Shown here one piece after another: positions 55,398-64,000 of a DNA stretch of 64,000 bases. Source of the stretch: Candidatus Aenigmatarchaeota archaeon (GTDB lineage Archaea; Aenigmatarchaeota; Aenigmatarchaeia; CG10238-14; SpSt-28); the NCBI GenBank assembly GCA_038997165.1, contig JAWBAK010000001.1:472917-536916 (forward strand), written 5' to 3'. Position 1 is the stretch's first letter. Each line of letters starts with the position of its first letter. The translations under genes were made by a program, and so were the position numbers. Under the pieces are notes generated by a model. It saw only the letters and a list, made by a program, of their open reading frames with translations, was not told the DNA's origin and did not search any database.

Positions 55398-56138
55398 ATG
55401 AGTATTCGAAGAATTTCAACTGGAATTAAAGGCTTGGATGAAAAAATTGGTGGTGGTTTTCCAAAAAATTCTATTATATTAATTACTGGAAATCCTGGAA
55501 CAGGTAAAACAATATTTTGTATTAATTTTTTGTTAGAAGGTTTAAAAAATAATGAAAGTGGTGTTTTAGTTTTAACTGAGCAAAAAATTGAAGATTTAAA
55601 AACAGATGTTTTAGAAAGTATGAATATAAATTTAGAAGAATTTGAGCAAAAAAGATTGCTTAAAATATTGGAATTAGAACCAGAATTATCATTTTCTCCA
55701 AAAGTTTTTGAATCAGAAAAAGAAATAGGAAAAATTATTAAATTTTATATATTTAATTTAGTTGAAAAAATAGAAAAAGCTGTGAAAGAAGTTAATGCAA
55801 AAAGATTAGTAATAGATTCTATTTCAATATTAGAAAGTTTTATTAAAGACGAATATTTAAGAAGGACTGCACTAACATTTTTTATAAAAAGATTAAAAAA
55901 TTTAGATGTTGTAACTTTAATAACTTCATCGCCTTCAGAAAAATTTAAAAGATTAACAATTTCAGGTATTTTAGAATTTCTCGTCGATGGTATAATAAAA
56001 TTGGAATATAATCCAAAATCAAAAGAATTTAAAAGAACCTTAACAATTTTAAAGATGAGAAGAAGTAAACATGTAGAATTTATTTTACCATTTCATATAA
56101 CTAATGAAGGAATTAAGCTAATAGAAACCTCTTTTTAA
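55398..56138 (+). CDS. KaiC-like/RAD55 RecA-superfamily ATPase
   Basis: STGIKGLD..GGF, GNPGTGKT, RLVIDS, DGII.L, KMR. Confidence 0.9.
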   Translation: MSIRRISTGIKGLDEKIGGGFPKNSIILITGNPGTGKTIFCINFLLEGLKNNESGVLVLTEQKIEDLKTDVLESMNINLEEFEQKRLLKILELEPELSFSPKVFESEKEIGKIIKFYIFNLVEKIEKAVKEVNAKRLVIDSISILESFIKDEYLRRTALTFFIKRLKNLDVVTLITSSPSEKFKRLTISGILEFLVDGIIKLEYNPKSKEFKRTLTILKMRRSKHVEFILPFHITNEGIKLIETSF

Positions 56139-56167
56139 TTTCCTAATTAAATAGAATCAATTTATTT

Positions 56168-56779
56168 ATGGATGAAAAGGCAGATATTAAAAATATTATT
56201 GAAAAGTTTGAAAAATCAAGAGTAATATTATTAAATTTTAAAGATTGGAGCGGTTTAAATCTTGATCAACAAATAGCCAAAATAATTAAGCATTTAGTTA
56301 ACAATAAAAAAATGAAATGTGTTTATATTTCTATAAGAAATCCTTCAAATTATTTAATTGAAATATTTAAAAGTTTTGGAATAAATCTTTCAAATATTTT
56401 ATTTATAGATGTTATATCTCAATACGTTTATGTTTCATCTCCAGAAATTTTAGTTTCATCTAAAGTTAAAATGGAAGAAAAATTAGAAAATGTAATAATG
56501 TTAAATTCACCTTTTAATTTAACAGAATTAGGAATATTATTTCTTGAAATTTCTTCTTCTTTTAAAGAAACTAGAGATGTTTTTATAGTTTTTGATTCTT
56601 TAGATTCAATACTTCTTTATGTTGATAGAGAAAAATTTCTTAAGTTTTTTCATTTTTTTGTATCAAAATTGAAAATGTTTAAAACTTTAGGAATTTTTAT
56701 TTTTTCAAAAGAAAAGGAATCGATTATTGAAGATATAAAATATTTGGTTGACGAAATTTACGTTTTGATTGAAAAATGA
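56168..56779 (+). CDS. Inactive KaiC-like ATPase-fold protein (DUF835-like)
   Basis: VYIS..P, FID, P..LTEL, FDSL..L; no Walker A. Confidence 0.65.
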   Translation: MDEKADIKNIIEKFEKSRVILLNFKDWSGLNLDQQIAKIIKHLVNNKKMKCVYISIRNPSNYLIEIFKSFGINLSNILFIDVISQYVYVSSPEILVSSKVKMEEKLENVIMLNSPFNLTELGILFLEISSSFKETRDVFIVFDSLDSILLYVDREKFLKFFHFFVSKLKMFKTLGIFIFSKEKESIIEDIKYLVDEIYVLIEK

Positions 56780-56806
56780 TTAGATTAATATTTTTATTAT
56801 TATTTT

Positions 56807-57178
56807 ATGGCTAATGCAATAATAACATATCTAATATTATTAAGTATTTTAAGTTTAATAATTGGAGCTTTAGAATCTTTAATTTTGTTTTTTTTCTCTT
56901 CAAATTTTTTTATTTCGAAAGAAATGAGAAAAATTTTAAAAAATTTGTTTCTTTCAATCTTTTTCATTTTACTCTATTTTATTTCAAATATTTTATCTTT
57001 ATTTTTTTATGAAGTTCAAATAAGTTTATATATTGCTCTTTTTCAAACAATTTTTGCAATTATAGGAATTTCTTTTTTAATTTATACATCTATTTTAATT
57101 TATAATTTAGCTTTAGAACTTGGTTTTCAAAGCCCAAAAAATAAAAGAAAAATAGAAAGATTTCTTAAAAAGGAGTAG
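56807..57178 (+). CDS. Small 3-TM membrane protein
   Basis: Hydrophobic segments; same orientation as the KaiC-like pair. Confidence 0.6.
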   Translation: MANAIITYLILLSILSLIIGALESLILFFFSSNFFISKEMRKILKNLFLSIFFILLYFISNILSLFFYEVQISLYIALFQTIFAIIGISFLIYTSILIYNLALELGFQSPKNKRKIERFLKKE

Positions 57179-58130
57179 ATAAAAATTTTATCAAACTATA
57201 GTTGTTATTCAATCGAAAAGCTCTTTTTATTCCAAATTTTTCAAATTTGAGTAGATCGTTAAAATTATATTTTTCTTTTATTTCTGGCTTCAAAGATTTT
57301 TTTGGATCGCTATACATTAAATTTCCGTTTTCGTCATATTCAAAATCTTTATAGCTAAGTTTATAATCTCTTATAAGAAAACTTGCTCTATAAAGTCTTT
57401 TTTCTCTTTCCTTACTTTCTGGTTTTTTATTTTCTAGTGGAGTATTTTCTATTGGTTCAAAAGCTGAATAATAAACTCTTTTTAGATTTAATTTTCTATA
57501 TAAGTATTCTGTAGTTTCCAATATTTCTTTATCGCTTTCTTCTTTTACTCCTACTATAAATTGTGTTACTAAATCAATTTTTTTACCTCTTTTTCTATAA
57601 TATTCAACAATTCTGCTTAATAATTTTAATCTTTTCAATACATCTTGCTTAAAAGATAAGTATAATTTAACTTCATCATAATATTGTTGTGAAGGAAATT
57701 CAATATTTATTCCTACTCTATTAGCTAATTCTACAGCTCTTTTCATCAATTCTATATCGATTCCTGGCATTAATGTTAGATGAATATAGTTATTGTAATT
57801 TAATTTTCTTAGCTCTTCTACTATTTCTATTTGTTTTTCTGAAGTTAAAATTGGATCTTTAATTATTCCACTAGATAGAAACAATCCATTAATTTTCTTA
57901 GCCCTAGTTAATTTTATTGTTAAATTTACTAATTCTTCTTTTTTCCAAATAGTTCGTGTAATTCTTCTTTCGTTTCTATATGGACAAAATAAACAGTTAT
58001 TTATACAAGAATTAGAAAGTAGTGTTTTTAATAATGGAATTTTTTTGCCATTAGAAGAAGCTAAAAAAATTGGACATTTTTCTAAATTTGTTCCATAAGT
58101 TAAAAATTTCCATTTTTCAGTAAAACTCAT
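57165..58130 (-). CDS. Radical SAM protein, putative DNA modification/repair family (COG4277-like)
   Basis: LLKTLLSN.CINNCLFC, GLFLSSG, YIH, TQFIVG, RVYYSAF.P, RE.RLY.A.FL. Confidence 0.85.
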   Translation of the reverse strand: MSFTEKWKFLTYGTNLEKCPIFLASSNGKKIPLLKTLLSNSCINNCLFCPYRNERRITRTIWKKEELVNLTIKLTRAKKINGLFLSSGIIKDPILTSEKQIEIVEELRKLNYNNYIHLTLMPGIDIELMKRAVELANRVGINIEFPSQQYYDEVKLYLSFKQDVLKRLKLLSRIVEYYRKRGKKIDLVTQFIVGVKEESDKEILETTEYLYRKLNLKRVYYSAFEPIENTPLENKKPESKEREKRLYRASFLIRDYKLSYKDFEYDENGNLMYSDPKKSLKPEIKEKYNFNDLLKFEKFGIKRAFRLNNNYSLIKFLSTPF

Positions 58131-58215
58131 ATACTAATTTTATATAAATTTAGAAAAAATTCTATCACAATCTTTATTGCACGCAATAATACTAACTTAA
58201 AATTTTTAAGTTTAA

Positions 58216-59442
58216 TTAATAGTTATTTTCTATTTTTTTGAGAATATCAAAAAAATAAGATATCTCTTCTTTTGTATTATATAAATATAAACTTGCTCTT
58301 ACAGTTCCGCCACTTTCAAAGAGATTAAGATATTTCATTAGTGGATGTGCACAATGATATCCACTTCTTACTGCTATACCTTCTAAATCTAATAACTTTG
58401 CTATTTCATGTGGCTTCAAATAATCATGTATAAAAGAAAATATTGGAGCTCTATTTTTGTAATTCTTACTGCCAACTAATTTAAATTTTCTAAGTTCGCT
58501 AAATCTATCTAAGAAATATCTAGTTAATTCACTTAAATATTTTTCGATATTTTCCATTCCAATGTTTTCTAAAAATTTAACTGCTTCAGCAAAAGCTATA
58601 GCATCTACTATATTAGGTGTGCCTGCTTCAAATTTCCATGGTAAATCATTCCATATTGCCGAATAAAAATCAACATCCTTAATCATATCCCCACCAAACA
58701 AAAATGGTTCCATTTCTTCTAAAATATCTTTTTTTCCATATAAAATACCTATACCTGTAGGACCGAGCATTTTATGAGAACTAAATACTAAGAAATCTGC
58801 ATCTAATTTCTTAACATCTATTTTAGTATGAGGAGCACTTTGCGCAGCATCTATTATAACTATTGCTTCATTTTCATGAGAAATCTTAATAATTTCTTCT
58901 ATATCGTTAATACTTCCTAAAACATTTGAAATATGAGTTATAGAAACAATTTTAGTATTTCTGTTTATTTTTTCCTTAAACTCTTCTACATTTATTTTAT
59001 AATCTTTATTCAGACCAACATAAGTAAGCTTACAACCAATTTTTTTAGATACAAACTGCCATGGTAAAATATTTGAATGATGTTCCATCACACTTATTAT
59101 TATTTCGTCATTTTTGTTTAAATTTTTTAATGCATAAGAATATGCGATTAAATTTATAGATTCAGTAGTATTTCTTGTAAAAATTATTTCTTCAAAAATT
59201 GAATTTACAAAATTTGCAACTATTTCACGAGCATTTTCATATTCATCACTTAACTCTTGACTTAGAGTATAAATTCCTCTATGTATATTTGCATAATAAT
59301 TTTCATATATTTCTTTTATTTTTTCTATTACAGCTTTTGGTTTTTGAGTAGAAGCAGCGTTATCAAAGTAAATTAGCTTTTTATTATTAATTTTTCTTTT
59401 CAATATTGGAAATTCTTCTCTTATTTTTTCTACATCAAACAT
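58216..59442 (-). CDS. sufS: Cysteine desulfurase SufS
   Basis: YFDNAASTQKP, EHHSN, DAAQ, SSHKMLGPTG, FEAGTP, RSGYHCA. Confidence 0.95.
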   Translation of the reverse strand: MFDVEKIREEFPILKRKINNKKLIYFDNAASTQKPKAVIEKIKEIYENYYANIHRGIYTLSQELSDEYENAREIVANFVNSIFEEIIFTRNTTESINLIAYSYALKNLNKNDEIIISVMEHHSNILPWQFVSKKIGCKLTYVGLNKDYKINVEEFKEKINRNTKIVSITHISNVLGSINDIEEIIKISHENEAIVIIDAAQSAPHTKIDVKKLDADFLVFSSHKMLGPTGIGILYGKKDILEEMEPFLFGGDMIKDVDFYSAIWNDLPWKFEAGTPNIVDAIAFAEAVKFLENIGMENIEKYLSELTRYFLDRFSELRKFKLVGSKNYKNRAPIFSFIHDYLKPHEIAKLLDLEGIAVRSGYHCAHPLMKYLNLFESGGTVRASLYLYNTKEEISYFFDILKKIENNY

Positions 59443-59671
59443 TTTTTATAATTTCTAAGATTTCAAAAATCTCATCTTTTTTAAAATTATAAAAAAGTAT
59501 TTCCCCATATTTAAAAATTAAAATTTCTTTTTCTTTTTTACTCAATTTTATTGAGTCCTCATTTTTAATAACAACTTTATAATCTTTGAAAAGATTAGCT
59601 ATTTTTTCAATTTCAATCTCTTTATCAAATTTTAATGAAAAAGCACCCCCACAAATTTCTCTAAGTTTCAT
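59435..59671 (-). CDS. Small protein with a single Cys, resembling the MoeB/ThiF C-terminal extension domain
   Basis: ICGG near N-terminus and IF..G.IL motif; overlaps sufS start. Confidence 0.4.
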   Translation of the reverse strand: MKLREICGGAFSLKFDKEIEIEKIANLFKDYKVVIKNEDSIKLSKKEKEILIFKYGEILFYNFKKDEIFEILEIIKNV

Positions 59672-59716
59672 AAAATAATAAAATATATAAATATTTTATT
59701 ATAACAGTGTTATATT

Positions 59717-60409
59717 ATGAAGATGCTTAGAGTTAAAAATTTAAGCGCAAAAATAGAAAATAAAGTTATTCTAAAAGATATTTCTTTCGAAATAGATAAA
59801 AATAGTATATCTGCAATTATAGGCCCAAATGGAAGCGGAAAAACAATTTTAGCTAGATGTATATTAAACGATAAGCTAATCGAAAAAAGTGGTAAAATTT
59901 TTTTTGAAGATATAGATATTACAAATTTAGAAACAGACAAAATAGCTAAATTAGGTATTTATCTTTCGATGCAACAACAACCAGAAATAGAATATATAAA
60001 AACATTTCAATTTTTAAAATATTTAGGATTTAAAGAATTAGAGGAAATTAAAAAAATAGGAGAAGAATTATCCTTACCAAAAGATTTCCTAGAAAGAGGA
60101 ATCAATGAAAGATTTTCTGGTGGAGAAAAAAAGAAATTTGAATTATTGCTAATTAAACTATTAAATCCAAAACTAATAATTTTTGATGAAATAGATTCTG
60201 GATTAGACATTCAGTCTATAGATTATTTAATAAATTTTATAGAAAATGAACTAAGAAATGGAAAAACTTTTTTAATTATTTCTCATAATGTAAACTTTCT
60301 AGAAAGAATGAACATAAAGAAATTCTTTGTTTTAGTGAATGGGGAAATAAAAAAAGAAGGTAATAAAGAAATTTTAGAAATAATTAAGAAAAATGGTTTC
60401 AATATTTAA
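59717..60409 (+). CDS. sufC: Fe-S assembly ABC ATPase SufC
   Basis: GPNGSGKT, Q.P.EI, NE.FSGGEKK, DEIDSGLD, ISH. Confidence 0.93.
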   Translation: MKMLRVKNLSAKIENKVILKDISFEIDKNSISAIIGPNGSGKTILARCILNDKLIEKSGKIFFEDIDITNLETDKIAKLGIYLSMQQQPEIEYIKTFQFLKYLGFKELEEIKKIGEELSLPKDFLERGINERFSGGEKKKFELLLIKLLNPKLIIFDEIDSGLDIQSIDYLINFIENELRNGKTFLIISHNVNFLERMNIKKFFVLVNGEIKKEGNKEILEIIKKNGFNI

Positions 60410-61796
60410 AGATATAGAAAAATTAAAAGAGAAAGATTGGTTTAGCTCAAATTATATTCCAGAAAAAATAATTAAAGGTCCTTTAAATGAAGAAAAAATT
60501 AAAGAAATTTCAGAAATAAAAAATGAACCAAAATGGATGCTTAAGAAAAGATTAGAAGGTTTTAGAGCATTTAAGAAGTTACCTATGCCTAATTTTGGAC
60601 CCAAAATAGAAATAAATTTCGATGAAATAAACTACTTTTCTTCTCCACTATATCCAAAACCAAGAAGTTGGGATGAACTACCAAGCTTTATAAAAGAAAC
60701 TTTTATTAAATTGGGTTTATCAAAAAAAGAAATTGAAATTTTAGCTGGAATCGAATTTCAATTCGATTCAATCCCTATATTTAAAAAAATAAGAGAAAAA
60801 TTAGAAGAACTTGGAATTATATTTACTAGCTTAGATGAAGCAATAATTAATTATCCGAAACTTGTTAAAAAATATTTTGGCAAAATTGTAAGTCCTTATG
60901 AAAACAAGTTTGCCGCATTGAATACTGCAGTATGGAGTGGAGGAGTATTTATCTATATACCAAAAGATGTAAAATTAGAATTTCCTCTTCACGCATATTT
61001 TAGAGTTAATTTAGAAAAAATGGGTCAATTCGAAAGAACATTAATTATTGCAGATGAAAATAGCGAAGTAAACTATGTAGAAGGTTGTAGTGCTTCTATA
61101 TATTCGATAGCATCTTTACATGCTGCAGTAGTTGAAGTTATTGCAAAGAAAAGATCTAAAGTAAAGTATTATACAATACAAAACTGGTCTAAAAATGTAT
61201 ATAATTTAGTTACTAAAAGAGCATATTTAGAAGATTATTCAAAAGTTCAATGGACTTCTATAGAGTTAGGAAGCAAAGTCACAATGCTTTATCCTTCTTT
61301 AATTTTGAACAATAATTGTTTAGGTGAAATATATAATCTTTCTATAGCTCATAATAATCAACATATTGATAGTGGAGGAAAATTAATTTTTAATGGAAAA
61401 AATTCAAAAGGATTAATAATTTCCAAGGGTATTGCTATTGGAGAAAATGCTAAATCAACAAGCAGATTTGATATATTTATCAACAAGAACTCTGAAAATT
61501 CTATTGTAATTTCTAAGTGCGACTCTCTTTCTATAGATAATGGTAAAGTAGAAACAATACCAAGAATAGTAGTTAACGAAAATAAATGTTATTTTAATCA
61601 TGAAGGTAAAAACGAAATTATAGATAATGAAAAAATTTTCTTTTTAACTTCTAAAGGTATTAATGAAAATAAGGCAAAAGAATTAATATTTTTTGGTTTT
61701 ATAGACGATATCATTAATAACTTACCTGATTTTTTTAAGTTAGAATCGAAAAAGATACTTTCTATTAATTTAGAGGAGTATGGAGGTTTTGGCTAA
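60393..61796 (+). CDS. sufB: Fe-S assembly scaffold SufB
   Basis: EPKWM..RL, FAALNTAVWSGG, GQFERTLII, EGCSA, LHAAVVE, NLVTKRA, CDSL, HEG. Confidence 0.95.
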   Translation: MVSIFKDIEKLKEKDWFSSNYIPEKIIKGPLNEEKIKEISEIKNEPKWMLKKRLEGFRAFKKLPMPNFGPKIEINFDEINYFSSPLYPKPRSWDELPSFIKETFIKLGLSKKEIEILAGIEFQFDSIPIFKKIREKLEELGIIFTSLDEAIINYPKLVKKYFGKIVSPYENKFAALNTAVWSGGVFIYIPKDVKLEFPLHAYFRVNLEKMGQFERTLIIADENSEVNYVEGCSASIYSIASLHAAVVEVIAKKRSKVKYYTIQNWSKNVYNLVTKRAYLEDYSKVQWTSIELGSKVTMLYPSLILNNNCLGEIYNLSIAHNNQHIDSGGKLIFNGKNSKGLIISKGIAIGENAKSTSRFDIFINKNSENSIVISKCDSLSIDNGKVETIPRIVVNENKCYFNHEGKNEIIDNEKIFFLTSKGINENKAKELIFFGFIDDIINNLPDFFKLESKKILSINLEEYGGFG

Positions 61797-62430
61797 TAAA
61801 TTTGGAAAATATTTAGATGTAAATAAAATTAAATATAGAGAAAAAATAAGCAGAGAATTAAAAGTTAATAGTGATAAAACTTATCTATACACTAAAAACA
61901 ATTTATATGAAGAAAAACTGGAAATAGAAAGTTGTAATTTTTATTCTAATATAAGAAATAGTATAGTTATTAGAAAAATTTTTGCTACAAATTCGAATAT
62001 TTATATAAAAATCAAATCAAATTCATTTATTTTAATTGATGAAATACTTTCAACAGGAAATATAAAATATTTTCTTTATGGAAAAGCAAAAGAAGGATAT
62101 GTTTATCTTAAATTAAGTCCAAATTCAAATAGTTATATTAATTCTAATATGAAACTTTTTGTTACTAAAAAATTAGTTTCAATAGGTAGTATAGAAATAA
62201 AAGAAGAATCAATAAATTCTATAGCTAACTTACACAAAGTTTTTTATTTAAAAAACAATTCGATATTAGTTTCTATTCCTATAATAAACGTTGAAAATGA
62301 TAGTTCAAAGGCTTTTCATTCTTCTAAAATAATTAGACTAGATTATGATCAAAAGTTTTTCTTAATGAGTAAAGGACTAAATGAGAAGAATATCGAAAAT
62401 TTAATATTAAGATATTTCGAATCAATTTAA
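61780..62430 (+). CDS. sufD: SufD-like protein (short, divergent)
   Basis: SIP.I.V.ND...AFHS...QKFFLMSKGL C-terminal signature. Confidence 0.75.
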   Translation: MEVLANKFGKYLDVNKIKYREKISRELKVNSDKTYLYTKNNLYEEKLEIESCNFYSNIRNSIVIRKIFATNSNIYIKIKSNSFILIDEILSTGNIKYFLYGKAKEGYVYLKLSPNSNSYINSNMKLFVTKKLVSIGSIEIKEESINSIANLHKVFYLKNNSILVSIPIINVENDSSKAFHSSKIIRLDYDQKFFLMSKGLNEKNIENLILRYFESI

Positions 62431-62530
62431 AAAATAAAAAAAGAAAGAACAAATTGAAATATATAGACTACTAAAATTTTTTTTATGATTTCTTTTTTGA
62501 TTTACAACCTCTTGGCATAATATTTTATTT

Positions 62531-63199
62531 TTATTCTTTTATACTTTTATATACAAACCACCAATCATAACCTTCTAATTCTTTTTTAGCTAATTTTTCA
62601 CTGTACTCTTTAGCTTCACTAAGATTTCTTCTTGGAGGTATTATAACTTTATCTCCTATTAATTCGTTATTTGGCCAATTTGCAGGTATAGCAACTTTAT
62701 GCTTATCACTAGTTTGTAAAGCCTTAATAATTCTCAATATTTCATCAATATTTCTACCTATTTCTTGTGGATAGAACAACATTACTCTTACAATACCTTC
62801 TGGATCTATTATATATACACCTCTTACTGTATTTGTTCCTTTAGTAGGATGAATTAATCCTAATTTTTTAGAAATTTCTCCTAAATCATCTGCTATAATT
62901 GGAAATTTTATTTCTACCCCTAATTTTTCTTTTATCCATTCTATCCATTTTATATGACTAAAGACTTGATCAATGCTTAAACCTAAAAGTTCTGTATTTA
63001 ATTTTTTAAATTCTTCGTATCTTCTTTGAAATGCTACAAATTCTGTTGTACAAACTGGTGTAAAGTCTGCTGGATGAGCAAATAGTACTAGCCACTTTCC
63101 TTTATAGTCTCTAGGTATTACTTTTATACCATCCGTTGTTACTACTTGCATTTCTGGAAACTTGTCTCCTAAGCGTATTATGTTAGTTTCACTATTCAT
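62531..63199 (-). CDS. Peroxiredoxin (archaeal Prx6 type)
   Basis: [34 protein letters not shown]. Confidence 0.95.
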   Translation of the reverse strand: MNSETNIIRLGDKFPEMQVVTTDGIKVIPRDYKGKWLVLFAHPADFTPVCTTEFVAFQRRYEEFKKLNTELLGLSIDQVFSHIKWIEWIKEKLGVEIKFPIIADDLGEISKKLGLIHPTKGTNTVRGVYIIDPEGIVRVMLFYPQEIGRNIDEILRIIKALQTSDKHKVAIPANWPNNELIGDKVIIPPRRNLSEAKEYSEKLAKKELEGYDWWFVYKSIKE

Positions 63200-63304
63200 A
63201 CTAATATTTTATCAAAAAAGTATAAATATTTTTCTTTTTAATAAAAAAATTTATCAAAGCGATACAAAGTTGTTATTTAAATAATTTAATATTCTAAAAT
63301 TTTT

Positions 63305-63712
63305 ATGGAAAAAGAAATTTTATTAAAAATGCTTTTAAAAGGTTATTCAAAAAAAGAAATAGCAAAAAAATTAAATAAATCTGAAGTTGCCATAAGAAAG
63401 AAAATACAAAAATTAAGGAAAGAAAAAATATTATTAGGATTTAAACCAATAATAAATTTCAAGCGCGTAAATCTTTTTTATTCAATAACAGGAATAGATG
63501 TAGAGCCTGAAAAGTTAATCGACATAATAGAAAAATTAAAATCGTATAATGAAGTCTTTTCAATATATCTTACTAGTGGTGATCATACTATAATTGTTGA
63601 AATTATAGTAGATGATATTAAAGAATTAGAAGATTTACATAAAAAAATTTCTTCTATTGATGGAGTCAAGAGAGTTTGTCCATCTATATTATTAGACATT
63701 ATAAAAGTTTAG
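63305..63712 (+). CDS. Lrp/AsnC family transcriptional regulator
   Basis: HTH EIAKKL..SE.AIRKKI..L; TSGDH; GVKRVCPS. Confidence 0.9.
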   Translation: MEKEILLKMLLKGYSKKEIAKKLNKSEVAIRKKIQKLRKEKILLGFKPIINFKRVNLFYSITGIDVEPEKLIDIIEKLKSYNEVFSIYLTSGDHTIIVEIIVDDIKELEDLHKKISSIDGVKRVCPSILLDIIKV

Positions 63713-63761
63713 CAAAATTACTTTTTATATTGATTTGTATATAAGAGAAATATTTGAAGAT

Positions 63762-64000
63762 TTATAGATTCAATTTCTTAATAAATTCGTATGCAAGTCT
63801 TAAATTTTCTTTATCTTCTTCAAAATTTAACAAATTAATCGCTTCTTCAAAATTTAACCATTTAAAATCTTCATGCTCCCAAGATATTTTTACATCTTTT
63901 GATTTAGCTCTTGCTAGAAAAAATATAGCTTTTTTTCTTATTAACTTTCTATGAAGCCAATAAGAATATTCATATTCCCTTCTAAAACCAGGAATAAATT
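63762..64000 (-). CDS. NUDIX hydrolase (Ap4A hydrolase-like), C-terminal part; runs off the window
   Basis: Manual translation FIPGFRREYEYSY...KKAIFFLA...VKISWEHEDFKWL.FEEA..LL.F*. Confidence 0.75.
   Translation of the reverse strand, partial: FIPGFRREYEYSYWLHRKLIRKKAIFFLARAKSKDVKISWEHEDFKWLNFEEAINLLNFEEDKENLRLAYEFIKKLNL

Overview
Very AT-rich, gene-dense archaeal chromosome segment with a reduced, rearranged core. It looks DPANN-like and probably thermophilic; both are inferences, the second from GC-rich 16S/tRNAs in an AT-rich genome. Contents: fragments of ribosomal protein operons, the RNA polymerase cluster with an in-frame RpoB'-RpoA' fusion, a stand-alone 16S rRNA gene (no linked 23S, no anti-Shine-Dalgarno) in a long BHB processing stem, six tRNAs (two with introns), EF-2, aRF1, MCM, TBP, AspRS, a KaiC-like module and a SufS/SufCBD Fe-S cluster. 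The main accessory region is a ~10.7 kb same-strand cell-surface locus (19022-29726). It has six pilin-like genes with non-canonical class III signal peptides, a CxxC-less thioredoxin-like protein and secreted fibre-like proteins. Two of the fibre genes carry identical or near-identical DNA modules joined in reciprocal order at a shared junction. Next comes a decaying island (nuclease remnant, two AAA+ ATPase paralogues) bracketed by an intact and a decayed copy of a SWIM zinc-finger gene. The translation machinery deviates in normally invariant motifs: aRF1 GGQ->GGW, uS12 PNSA/DxPG changes alongside 16S G527A, and loss of the anti-SD.
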